A DNA stretch of 63,519 nt, from positions 56,856,913 through 56,920,431 of the forward strand of contig NC_068994.1 of the NCBI RefSeq assembly GCF_001194135.2, in the 5' to 3' direction. The notes beneath the pieces are model-generated. The model made no database searches, was not told the DNA's origin, and worked only from the letters and a program-made list of their open reading frames with translations. Made by a program: the position numbers and the translations under genes. This document shows positions 1 to 13,103 of this stretch, one piece after another. Source of the stretch: Octopus bimaculoides (taxonomy: Eukaryota). The stretch's first letter is position 1. Every line of letters starts with the position of its first letter.

Positions 1-1347
1 ATATATATATATATATATATATATTCAAAGAGAGTTAGAAGTTGTGAATCCAACACTGAAGAGATAGAAATACCATGTGCGGTACTGTGACCTCTTGGCA
101 GAAACAGGTGTAAGAAGCTGTTCTTCTTTCTCTGTTCTAGAAGTCACTAGTCCTTATATATGTAAAACAACAATCTTTACACATGTATATATATATATAT
201 TCTCATAATCATTTAAAATATATAAGTAGACATAATATAATGTCTAGCAGTTGATGCATAATACCTCTGGATCCCCTTCATTTTGTTCTTGACGTATATA
301 TATATTATTGCTCAAGTCGATGGAAGTGAGTTGCTTCGGATACCACAACTTCAGAAATATATGACTGATGAAATTGGCATGCGTTTATGTGTTCATATGT
401 CTAGATAAGCTCAGGTAATCTTATTGGTTTATGTTTTATAAGAGTCAGCATGCTGTGGTGAGTTCAGGTGGAGCTCACTATTGAACTGCTCCTATTCAAT
501 AATTTCCTTGAATATCAGAGAATGGTGAAATTTATATTTATTAGTTCTAGGAAATTCTTCCAAAATAAGACCACAGGAAGATAGTTTACACGCTACAAAG
601 CAAGGTGGAGAAAGACTTGGCGTGGTTTCGGTCTACCATGGGTTACCCTGAGTTGTAGACAAATTGATAGTAAATTTCTTGAAGTTATCACACTTTCAGG
701 AAATGTTTGAGAAATAGGATACGTTTGGTTTCGCGCAAGGCAGACACTGCATTCCGAATGCTACATCACTGCAAAAGGACACAATTACTAATTCATTCAT
801 ATATGCATATGTCAGTATGAATAAATATATTTAAATATATATATACACGTACAAAAATAGAGAACTGCTGACGTACACTTGTATACATGAATGCACATTA
901 ATGCGTGCATATATGCTCATGAAAATATCTATATCAATATGCATTAAAAAATATATTATTATATGAATAGAACAAACGCGTATCAGAGACAAGCCTGTAG
1001 ACAGAGAGTAGCAATAAATAGTGGCAATAAAAATCCGGTATGTGAAGGAGGAAGCAGCGAATGTGAGAGATAAATGCACATACATGCATACATGCACACA
1101 CACACGACACACAGACACTCACTCATGTATTTATATATGCTTATATGTACAAACACCTTCTCTACATGCAAAGGCAAATGCATCGAACATGAATCGCGAA
1201 AATGCACAAAACCATTACATATATGGGTACGTATTCCTACATATGCATGTATATTTTATATAGAAAAACATATATATCCATACACACACACACACACACA
1301 CACACACGCATATACACACATATACATACACAAACATNNNNNNNNNN

Positions 1348-1394
<47 letters not shown>

Positions 1395-3709
1395 TACATA
1401 TATATGTAGACATATATATGTACATGTAAAAGTACGCTCACACATGAGCACGCACATACATACACACACACAGATATTCATAAATACATATGTACAGACG
1501 GGTGGAGGTGAAGATACGCGTAGACATATATATTTATATTTACACATGAGTAGAGACATGTGGAGATAACATGCAAAAATATGTATTATCTTTTAAGAAA
1601 ATAATACATTCATCCATCCATCACTGTATGTACATATATATATGGATTTATGCATACACAATAGACGTATATGCATGTATATATTATATATGTACATGCA
1701 CAATATACATACATTTCAGCATAAAATATACATGTATAGATTATATATATGTACACAAAAGATACAGACATTTCTGTATAAAATATACACGTATATATTA
1801 TATGTATGCATACACACACAAAAACACGCGCGCGCGCAAATATAGATAGGTATGTAGATAGATAGATCCTTGTATTGTAATAAATCTACGCATATTTAAT
1901 ATACTTACATTGTCAGATGCTTGTATAGCGTTTAGGAAAATACCTACATTAAAATTTGTACATATAGTGAGATAAATATATGCATGCATAAATGTATGTA
2001 TATGCGTTTTCTTAAAAGCTACGAAAGCACGAATAGAAAGCAATTACATATAACTATAAGGCGACACATCAGCATAGTTAAATGCAATGAAAAGAAAGGA
2101 GAAAAGGGAGAAAAGATGAGTACAGAGACGTAATCATTAGGCAATGATAAAAACATACATGTTGAACTTTTAAGTTCCGCTTCAATCACTACACCCATTC
2201 ATTTCGCATCAGTACTGGAAGTAGATTCACTTTGCTCTACGTCTTTTGAGGATTTTATACATTCTCACGAACCTGTGCAATTAAAAAAAAATATTCTAGT
2301 TATAATTGCATTGTGTCTTGTATTTAGAATGTGGATCTGTTTGTCGTCATGAATAAACATGTTCTATCTATTTTTCTGTGTTGCTGTGTGTTCCTACATG
2401 CGTCTGTTCCTGGCAAACTGATCGTAAATTGAGACTAGTTAACTAAAGCTTCTTCCTTCCCCAGTCCCCATCGCCAGTGAATTCCATTTTAAAAATTGCA
2501 ATGCATTTCTACAAACTCCCGAAAGACCAATGGTTTCCAATTCGAAAGCTTTAATATAATAAAATAGATTACCTGAACAACTTAGACTCCTATAAACATG
2601 TTACTATTAGTGAGAGACTTAAAATAATGAACCTGTGGAAAGAAAAACAATAGCAGAATGAAAGTATAATACTTCGAATTCACACACATATTAACATAAA
2701 TATTTTGCTCAATAATATTTCTAAAATTAATTATGTAATTTCACATTTACAAATTAAATTACATGGAAACAATTATTATTTGATACTTGCGATAAATTAA
2801 CTAATTTAATGGAATTTAATGAGCAAATTTCTTGTAGCGACACCAGACTTTGTTAAAATATATCTGTTGCAAAAATGTTTTACAAGTATCTTCGAAAAGA
2901 TGATTTTGATGCATTTCAAATTCGTCGTTCCTCCAATAAAATTGCCATTCGTTAATCGAAACGTTAATGTTTACAAGTGATAATAATAGTCTTACAGATG
3001 ACATTCATCACCCAAATAATTAAAGTTTCAATTANNNNNNNNNNNNNNNNNNNNNNNNNNNNNNNNNNNNNNNNNNNNNNNNNNNNNNNNNNNNNNNNNN
3101 NNNNNNNNNNNNNNNNNNNNNNNNNNNNNNNNNNNNNNNNNNNNNNNNNNNNNNNNNNNNNNNNNNNNNNNNNNNNNNNNNNNNNNNNNNNNNNNNNNNN
3201 NNNNNNNNNNNNNNNNNNNNNNNNNNNNNNNNNNNNNNNNNNNNNNNNNNNNNNNNNNNNNNNNNNNNNNNNNNNNNNNNNNNNNNNNNNNNNNNNNNNN
3301 NNNNNNNNNNNNNNNNNNNNNNNNNNNNNNNNNNNNNNNNNNNNNNNNNNNNNNNNNNNNNNNNNNNNNNNNNNNNNNNNNNNNNNNNNNNNNNNNNNNN
3401 NNNNNNNNNNNNNNNNNNNNNNNNNNNNNNNNNNNNNNNNNNNNNNNNNNNNNNNNNNNNNNNNNNNNNNNNNNNNNNNNNNNNNNNNNNNNNNNNNNNN
3501 NNNNNNNNNNNNNNNNNNNNNNNNNNNNNNNNNNNNNNNNNNNNNNNNNNNNNNNNNNNNNNNNNNNNNNNNNNNNNNNNNNNNNNNNNNNNNNNNNNNN
3601 NNNNNNNNNNNNNNNNNNNNNNNNNNNNNNNNNNNNNNNNNNNNNNNNNNNNNNNNNNNNNNNNNNNNNNNNNNNNNNNNNNNNNNNNNNNNNNNNNNNN
3701 NNNNNNNNN

Positions 3710-3759
<50 letters not shown>

Positions 3760-3873
3760 GCATACATCCATCCACGCACATACTTGTATGCACATAAATA
3801 TATGTATGAATATGTATATGCATGTAGATGCGTACTTAGGTGTAAATTTATGTATCTAAATCTTTCTCTCTCT

Positions 3874-3909
<36 letters not shown>

Positions 3910-4599
3910 TCTCCTTCTCTCTTTGTATGTTTACACACAAACACATATATACACACGCACACATTTATATATCAATTTTCATAAATGCAATGCATTATGT
4001 CTGTGTAATATCGATTACATACAAACGTGACGAAAACTCTTTTGATAACATGACATGCGCAATAATGTATTCACCGATATGCAAATTTTGATCCATGAAT
4101 ATTTTTATGGCTTGTAACCATTAAAATCTAACGTAACTGTGCCGTGAAAGAAGGCGGAATGTTAACCGAAATTCTTCGCAGAATTGTTTTGCATGCATTA
4201 CAGAAGAGATGATATAATGAAGCAGATTATAATAAGCAATCTAAAGGATGCACCTATTACCAGCTTGATGTTGTTAAAGAAGGAGTGTGACTTCCAGATG
4301 TAGGCCAATCGCACAGTTTACACACAGAAATGCTCACGTATACATATTTTATTAGGGAGAGAGAGAGAGGGGGAGGTGCAGAAATTGACACACACACACA
4401 TATACCTATTCATAAATGTACATGCACACACACACACACACATATATATCCATCCACCCATCCATACAAACCTGAGAACATACATACGTACATACTACGT
4501 ACATACATACATGTATACCACATATATGCACACAGACATGCACGCACATGCACACACACACACACACAAGCACACATAAATGTATGTGTGTGTACATAT

Positions 4600-4748
4600 G
4601 TGGAGGACGGGGTAAGAAGCTGATTTCGCTACCAGGAAATTCGATGTTCAATCCCACAGCTCGGATTCTTGGGATAGTGTCTTTTAGTATAACACCAGAT
4701 GAAGCCAGATTCTAAGCGTGAATTTTGTGTACATGCGATTTGCAAAAA
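4600..4748 (+). mobile_element. Degenerate tRNA-derived CORE-type SINE (octopus OR-like)
   Basis: GTAAGAAGCTG...GTTCAATCCCAC (B-box-like)...CTTGGGATAGTGTCTT aligns by eye to the better copies at 18855-18953 and 29975-30120. Confidence 0.55.
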
Positions 4749-6841
4749 GAAAAGAAAAAGAAAAAGAAAAAAGAAACAAAAGAAAAAAGGAAGGAAGAAC
4801 AAATGTAAAAAAAAAAGAATGAAATAAAAACATCAACCATTTAACAGGAATGTGGTTGCTATTGATAGGAGGGTGCCCGAAAAACTTTTAAGGCCAGGCC
4901 TTTTCCGATATATGAAACCAATACATGTAACATATGCCTGGTTTGAGAACGCTTTGGCTACACGGTTACAAAAAAATCTTTTATCTTAAATTAGATCAAA
5001 AATGATTTGGGGTTAAACGAGAGCAATGAATTAATAGGCGGATGTTTACTTGCTTACTCGACCTAGTAGAAACAGTAGCGAGAAATCTTTAAACTCACAC
5101 ACTGTTATATCGAAGAAACGAAAGAAAAAATAAAGACAGGTAACATTGGATAACTTAGTCTCTGATACACGCAAAGAAAGTATTATACGGTTGGATTATA
5201 TATCTTTGATTACAGGTGCGCTCGTCTAAGGCTGACCTGATAGATTAATAACGACAGGGATGAGATATATAGCAGTGATCAGCACTATCGAGTTTCCAAA
5301 TGTCTACCTTCTATTCATGTTATGTGGATAGCTGTGAACTTAATGAAACACCTGTAATCTATTCGAACACGGATTTTTGTGAGATGGTGTTCTAATGTAA
5401 TTCAATGATTTTCTTTTATTTCGTAAACAAGGAGACTTTCTAAACTAACTTGAATGTTTCAATGTCGTAAATAATCTTATTTCATTGTTGTTTTCTGTTT
5501 CTATATCACTATCGGTTTCCATGCGTTTAAGAAAAAAAATATGGTTAAAAATTTCCTCGCTGATAAGACCGTTATAAGACAGAAATATGTCCAGAATTTT
5601 TCTTGTATTTATCTAGAACACAATAGTCGTTTAACCTCGCTTATTTTCCATATTTAATTCTAGTTCAACGGCTTTTTTATGCATAGATCACTAAATACGT
5701 TGTTATTAACTTAATAATTCTAATCGCTGAAAATCTAAAAGTCGACCTTCACCAGTATACATTTAAATGAAAATTAAAATTAATGAGATCAGATCATATA
5801 TTTAAAAAATAGTGAAAATTATTTCCTGGGTTTAAATTAGCGATTGCAGAGAAGGAAAGAAAGGAAAAAAAATATTAATTATTATTTTGCTAAATATCAA
5901 CTACGAAAATGACTTTGTAAATATAAATATCATTTAGATGACGACTCATTATAAATCAAATAGAATTTGAAACGCTGCTTCTAGATTGAAAACAATTCTC
6001 ATTCACGCAGGCCAGTGATAAACGTGGGGAAAAGCATAAACATCCCACATTTTTAGCGAAATCAATGCTATCTTCAGCAAACTAATTGTTTTGTGTCTAT
6101 ATTAGAAATCATTATTATATAATGATCGTAGTGTTACGTATCAGAAGCTGTAGAAAAATATGACAGCCACTTAAATAATATATTCTTGGAATCAATTTTC
6201 TTTATTGTTATAGAGTTTCGACATTTTCCTGGGAATTTGAACTGTGTAAAGAAATCTGCGTTTTCACATCACCACACTATGTTGCCTCTTTCAGTATATA
6301 TATATATATATATATNNNNNNNNNNNNNNNNNNNNNNNNNNNNNNNNNNNNNNNNNNNNNNNNNNNNNNNNNNNNNNNNNNNNNNNNNNNNNNNNNNNNN
6401 NNNNNNNNNNNNNNNNNNNNNNNNNNNNNNNNNNNNNNNNNNNNNNNNNNNNNNNNNNNNNNNNNNNNNNNNNNNNNNNNNNNNNNNNNNNNNNNNNNNN
6501 NNNNNNNNNNNNNNNNNNNNNNNNNNNNNNNNNNNNNNNNNNNNNNNNNNNNNNNNNNNNNNNNNNNNNNNNNNNNNNNNNNNNNNNNNNNNNNNNNNNN
6601 NNNNNNNNNNNNNNNNNNNNNNNNNNNNNNNNNNNNNNNNNNNNNNNNNNNNNNNNNNNNNNNNNNNNNNNNNNNNNNNNNNNNNNNNNNNNNNNNNNNN
6701 NNNNNNNNNNNNNNNNNNNNNNNNNNNNNNNNNNNNNNNNNNNNNNNNNNNNNNNNNNNNNNNNNNNNNNNNNNNNNNNNNNNNNNNNNNNNNNNNNNNN
6801 NNNNNNNNNNNNNNNNNNNNNNNNNNNNNNNNNNNNNNNNN

Positions 6842-6908
<67 letters not shown>

Positions 6909-7099
6909 ATATTTTATTGGTTTCAAAGCACCGATTCTAGTAACTTTCGCCATTGCCATTCATATACACATGCACCCTGTATGCAAGTATGTATATATGC
7001 ACGCGTACTCACACAAATTCACACTTGCAAACACACACACAAATGCATGCATACACACACACAAATGCATTCCTACATACTTATCCAACGGGCTTTGGC

Positions 7100-7242
7100 A
7101 TAATTTCTATTTATCAATTTTTATTCACAAGGCCATGGCATGAATGACCATAGTCTATACTTGCATAGGAAAAGATGCATTTCGTGGAATCGAACCGGGA
7201 ATCATGTGAATCCAGGATAAATTACTTAAACCTACAACCATA
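7100..7242 (-). mobile_element. Degenerate OR-like CORE SINE
   Basis: ATTCACAAGGC...GGAATCGAACCGGGAATCATGTG matches the reverse complement of the OR-like family, but is heavily diverged. Confidence 0.45.
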
Positions 7243-7434
7243 CATTGTTGCACAATGATAATTTTACTTTTATTTCAATTATATTTCTGAACTATCTTCG
7301 ATTCATTGCTAAAATGATCAGTGACAATGTCTGTTCTTTAATTTTAACTCGAGTACAATTTATAAACGTTTCGATACTATATCTTCCTCTACCGTAATTT
7401 TTCTGTGCTTGAGAAAATATTATATTTCCTGTGT

Positions 7435-7435
<1 letters not shown>

Positions 7436-7474
<39 letters not shown>

Positions 7475-7475
7475 C

Positions 7476-7509
<34 letters not shown>
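7436..7509. repeat. (ATG)n microsatellite
   Basis: Near-perfect ATG run. Confidence 0.95.
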
Positions 7510-7511
<2 letters not shown>

Positions 7512-7829
7512 AAATAAACGAAAATATCTTGTTATACTTCAACTACATAGCAGCTGCAAATGTGTAGAGAAAGTAAAAATTTTGCTTACAAATATTTATA
7601 TATGATCACTTAAAATTGTGATTATATTACGAAAATTTCGTTGTTTTTCATTCTCTGTTCTTCTTTTCTTTCTCTTTCTTCTCTTTTCCCCAAATTAACT
7701 TCGAAAAACAAATTACTAGAATCTCTCTAAAGGTCAGAGTACATTTAAACGCAACAAATTGCAAAGGTCACTTTCGATTAATCGATTTGTTTTAATGTAC
7801 TTTTTTATTTGTTTGTTTTCGTTTTAGTT

Positions 7830-7844
7830 TTATTATTATTGTTG

Positions 7845-7918
<74 letters not shown>
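7830..7918. repeat. (ATT)n microsatellite running into an assembly gap
   Basis: Direct reading. Confidence 0.95.
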
Positions 7919-8469
7919 NNNNNNNNNNNNNNNNNNNNNNNNNNNNNNNNNNNNNNNNNNNNNNNNNNNNNNNNNNNNNNNNNNNNNNNNNNNNNNNNNN
8001 NNNNNNNNNNNNNNNNNNNNNNNNNNNNNNNNNNNNNNNNNNNNNNNNNNNNNNNNNNNNNNNNNNNNNNNNNNNNNNNNNNNNNNNNNNNNNNNNNNNN
8101 NNNNNNNNNNNNNNNNNNNNNNNNNNNNNNNNNNNNNNNNNNNNNNNNNNNNNNNNNNNNNNNNNNNNNNNNNNNNNNNNNNNNNNNNNNNNNNNNNNNN
8201 NNNNNNNNNNNNNNNNNNNNNNNNNNNNNNNNNNNNNNNNNNNNNNNNNNNNNNNNNNNNNNNNNNNNNNNNNNNNNNNNNNNNNNNNNNNNNNNNNNNN
8301 NNNNNNNNNNNNNNNNNNNNNNNNNNNNNNNNNNNNNNNNNNNNNNNNNNNNNNNNNNNNNNNNNNNNNNNNNNNNNNNNNNNNNNNNNNNNNNNNNNNN
8401 NNNNNNNNNNNNNNNNNNNNNNNNNNNNNNNNNNNNNNNNNNNNNNNNNNTATATATATATATATATAT

Positions 8470-8590
8470 TGCACATTATTTACAATGGACAGATAGGTAT
8501 CCCCATCTTGTTTGTTGTTATCACAACGTTTCGGCTGATGTACTCTCCAGCCTTAATCAGGTGTTCTGGTGGAATCTCGAATCCAACCGT
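8470..8590 (-). mobile_element. Short Penelope-like element fragment with a decayed type I hammerhead
   Basis: The minus strand at 8564-8522 reads ACAC CTGATTA A GGCTG-(10 nt)-CAGCC GAAA CGT T GTG. Stem II is 5 bp, stem III is the palindrome ACGT, and core G8 is mutated to T. The element abuts (TA)n. Confidence 0.6.
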
Positions 8591-9733
8591 TATTTGACGA
8601 ATGGGGTACACTGTACACTGTATACTGTACACTGTACCACATTATTTCACGAATGGGGCACACTATGGTATGTTGCTGATGTTATTTTTCAAGTCTTTGC
8701 CTGGGATTGAACTTACAGTCTGAGGGTTAGTAGCTCGCGCTCTAATCCTTTCTTACCACACATACACACCTGTCTCATCGTCATATATATTATTGTGTTC
8801 GAATATATTTTCTTCGTAAGCTGAAACATGGGAGATTATACATTAGCGTTAAATCCGTTATATGTACCATACTCATTTCAATTCATTAATTCTTCTTTCA
8901 TATAAATCTGTAGACAGTCAGGCATTAGAAGAATTGTCTCATTCCAATTTATCAAAGAGTTACTTCTCTAAACTTTAATGCTACATACCGACAGCTGACT
9001 AACAGGTATATTATTTCACAATGCACAGACATACATATAAAGATACATACATACAAACATATATATATATGTGTGTGTGTCTATAAATACATATATATAT
9101 ATATGTGTGTATATATGTATATATAGATATATGTATGTATATACACATACATACATAATACACGCACATATACATGTGTATGTACATCTATATGTATATG
9201 TATATATATAAATATATGTATACATACATATGTATGTATATATATATACATATATACATACATATGTACATATATAGCTGTGTGTGTTGTGTGTGTGTTG
9301 TGTGTGCGTCCATACATAGATACAAGCCAACTTAAAAGTCTGGAAGCAACGAACTTCACGCGCATCGTCCAAAACAATTAAATAATCCCGCTTCGGTTTT
9401 CACATTCGCTTTTAACATTTATTGCAAGTAAGTTGTTGCTATGAATATTCAAATTGAATTATTTACAATTTGGGCCAATCAAGTTTTGCAAGAAGCTAAT
9501 ATGTTCATTCGGTGGATTACTTGACATGAAAATAAATCTTCAATTTTAGATGTAACATAATAATAAGAAATTTACAGTTTTAGATATTACTCCATGATTG
9601 ATAATCAAATGTCTAATTATTATGTATATTATTGAGTTCCAATAAATTTTCTTCATTAGAGGAAACATGGGAGACTACACATGATCGTTAGATCCGCTAG
9701 AAAGTGCCGAGAAATCTATTTGAAATAAGATAG

Positions 9734-9936
9734 TATTGGTTTCAATTTTTGGCACGAGATAAGCAATTTCGGGGGAGGGGTTAAGTTGATTACATCGACC
9801 ACAGTGATAAAGTGGAACTTATTTTATCGACCCCGAAAGAATGAAATGTAAAGTCGACTTCGGCGGAATTTGAACTGAAAATCTAAAGACGGACGAAATG
9901 CCGCTAATCACTTTACCCGGCGTGTTAACCATTCCC
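9734..9936 (-). mobile_element. SINE family A (tRNA head, TTTCATCCTTTCGGGGTCGATAAAATAAGTACCAG central domain), tail b
   Basis: Reverse complement of the family A consensus seen at 33651-33870; tail reads GTGCCAAAAATTGAAACCAATA. Confidence 0.85.
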
Positions 9937-11514
9937 TGACGCATAAATCAATCAGTTCCGTAGAGAAAGTCATGGTCTTCATCGATCACTAATTAATGAA
10001 GAGTCACGTGAATGAAGTCGAAGCTGTGATGCATGTAGGAAAATACTATCATGAATGACATGTCTCATTGAATCTAGGCACTTACCTAATTCCAATTCCA
10101 GCGGTTTTAGAATTTGGCAAGTACTATCGCAATATTAGTTGGTAAGATAACCTACTGACGGAGTCACCTGATTGAATTGATTGGAAAAGAAACTATCAAA
10201 CGATTGTCTTTACATTTCATACCGCTAAATAAATCCTTTTACACGCTGCTTAGCGAATTTATTTCTATCAGCCCGCTTCTAACCCACCACCACCGACTAG
10301 TTGCATTCACCATAATATTCTTTCTAATGGAGAGAAACGAACCACATCAATGAATTTTCTATTTCAAGTTCTCACCGTACCATTATTTTTACAGTATCCT
10401 ACATCCAATCGGTAGAAATCTATGTTGAGATGCCCAAACCGAAGCAGCTGTTCTACCTAACATTACGTGATAATATCTTCGGCATCACGTTTTTACACGA
10501 CTTATTAGCTTCGTTGAACGTTCAGTTCTTTGAAAAGAAGCTAATCTCATCTCAAACTGTCACACACCTCATTTGATACATTATATAAAGATGGAATATT
10601 CATCTTCGATTAGATACTTCCATCTTGATTATATTTTCGGCCGTTATTGATTAGTTTCTTTAAACAGCACTCACTGGCCTGAAGATTACTACAAGAAATT
10701 ATCGACTTTATCACGTTGATTTCATTTGATTTTTCCCCCTTCTTTTTATTACTGCAAGCAACTTATTTATCTTCGAATCGGTTGACATAATGTTTTTTTA
10801 ACCAGCATTAATGGGGTTTTCTAACCTGTCATGACTTCAAATAAGATTTGTTTTGTGATTTCTTAAGCATCTTATTTCACTTACATCATTTTCTTTCTAC
10901 CAGAGGACTAACACACGTTTTGTTTTGATAATTTTATTTTAGTATTTTATTAGTAACAATAGAATTAAATAGCTCTTTCAATGTTTGTATGTTCCTATGT
11001 GTATGCAGCAACGTATGAACATATGTACATGTGTGTATGTATAGTGTGTATATATGTATGTATTCATGTACGTGTATGTGCGTTAGTGAGTTTATATGTC
11101 TTTTTTATTGCTACTTTAAAGACCATTTAAAACATGTCATTTTATATTTTGTTCATATATGGAGAAGAAACAATAATTGTGTTCATAACTTTTTGAAGTT
11201 CTAGAAATACAAGAGAGGAAATAATACCTAACATCTTAGAGAACCATAATCTGTCTGAGTGAGCACGAATGAGTTTGGCTGTACTAAATCTGAATATGGC
11301 CTATCTATAGGAAAACAATACCTCATCTTCACGGAGAAGATTTTTTGAACTCTTACCTGTAAGAAAGAGTAATGGATGATATGATTGTATAAAGAATCAC
11401 GTGACCACTCGAATTTTGATCCATAGTTTTAATAGATCATCAGTCGCGTCCTTATTTTATTTGTGATTAATGAATAATGTCTCTGTAATTTGTTGCTTCA
11501 ACCATTGTCTTTTA

Positions 11515-11674
11515 TCTTCTTTTCTCTTAACTTTTTACTTCAGTCATTAGACTACAGCCATACTGGGGCAACGTCTTGAAGAAATTTTAATCGAATGAAT
11601 CGATCCTGGTACTTATCTTTTTTGTAAGCCAAGTACTTATTCTATCTGCTTCGTTTGCTGAATCGCTAAATTAC
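11515..11674 (-). mobile_element. SINE 3' tail module (...CCAGYATGGCYGYAGTC-AATGACTGAA...), L2/CR1-like end
   Basis: Same module as 26668-26900, 34662-34870 and 42270-42510. Confidence 0.8.
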
Positions 11675-11960
11675 TTCTCAAGCCATGCCTGGCTCATAAG
11701 AGCCGGTTTCCCGGTTTCATTGGCGTATAGCTTCCCCACCTGGATGGGACGCAGGTCCATCGCAGGTGAGCTGCTAGATGCAGGAAGAAAGAATGAGGGA
11801 AAGTTGTGGTGAAAGAGTCAGCAGAAGTTCGTCACTACCTTCTGCCGTAGCCGCGTGGAGCTTCGGTGTTTCGCTCATAAACACACACATCGCCCGGTCT
11901 GAGATACGAACCCGCGATTCCTCGACCGCGAGTCCGCTTCTCTAATCACTAGGCCTCCAC
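11675..11960 (-). mobile_element. SINE with head H1, central domain C1 and tail T2
   Basis: The minus strand shows GGCCTAGTGATTAG (A-box-like), GGTTCGTATCTC (B-box-like), the central AGCTCCACGCGGCT...ACCACAACTTTC shared with 41829-42100 and 53770-54040, and the tail CCTGCGATGGACCTGCGTCCCATCCAGG...GAAACCGGG. Confidence 0.85.
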
Positions 11961-12687
11961 ATATATATGTACTTCCACATTTATATATATATATGTGTGT
12001 GAGTGTATGTGTGTGTGTGTACATACAAACATAAATGTGTGTACACATACCAGGCACACACATATGTATATACATATATACATAAATACATTCATCCATC
12101 CATCCAGCTATAAATACATACGTACGTACATACATATATACATTCATACATACATGCGTAGATAGGTACACGCATACATACATACACACTTATACACTTG
12201 CGTACATACATACACGCACACATATATGCATATATACATATACGAATTTTACTATTATGTAAACCTTATTACCATAGCTGGATTATTAACCCGCTCTCTA
12301 TCATTCTGATTCCCCTCCTTCTTCCCTCCTTCGCTTCGTCCTCCTCCATCTCCTCCTCTCCATGATGATGTTCTGACATGTTGGTTCTGTTCCAATTTGG
12401 CGATAATTCAATAAACATACATCACGTCAAACGTGAGTCACGTCGTTATAGAACGTGGTTGATTGTCTCTGTAGACACTCGCACACTGGCTGTTACACTG
12501 TAGAGTTGCTACGATGACGACGAATAACAAAGAAAGAAACAAACAGACGATGTAAACAAGCAAGAAATATCAACAACTATGACAACTGTTACAACAACAA
12601 CATCATCGACAACAGTAACAGAAGCAATGACATCAACAAACGTATCTGGAACGTTAGTACCAAAAACAGCACTAAATATAATCTTTT

Positions 12688-12863
12688 CTGAAATTTGGGG
12701 GCAGAGGTAAGTCGATCACAGTGGTTCACTGGTATTTAATGTATCGACTCCGAAAGGATGAAATGCAGAGTCGACCTCAGCGGTATTTGAACTCAAAGCA
12801 TATAGACGGACGAAATACCGTTAAGCATTTAGTCCAGTGCGCTGACGGTTCAGCAAGCTCGCC
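12688..12863 (-). mobile_element. SINE family A, diverged copy
   Basis: GTCGACCTCAGCGGTATTTGAACTC...CAAGCTCGCC is the reverse complement of the family A head and centre. Confidence 0.85.
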
Positions 12864-12875
12864 AGCAGTAATAAT

Positions 12876-13103
12876 TATTTCTTTATTGCCCACAAGGGGC
12901 TAAACATAGAGGGCACAAACAAGGACAGACAAAGGGATTAAGTCGATTACATCGACCCCAGTGCGTAACTGGTACTTATTTAATCGACCCCGAAAGGATG
13001 AAAGGCAAAGTCGACCTCGGCGGAATTTGAACTCAGAACGTAACGACAGACGAAATACTGCGAAGCACTTCGCCCGGCGTCCTAACGTTTCTGCCAGCTC
13101 ACC
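12876..13103 (-). mobile_element. SINE family A with tail c, flanked by a 12-14 bp target-site duplication
   Basis: Nearly full length. CCAGCAGTAATAAT occurs at 12862-12875 and 13102-13115. Tail c is TTTCTTTATTGCCCACAAGGGGCTAAACATAGAGG on the plus strand. Confidence 0.9.

Noticed and set aside
2816-3004. 62-aa minus-strand ORF with a protein-like composition
   Set aside because: No recognisable motif or convincing splice sites.
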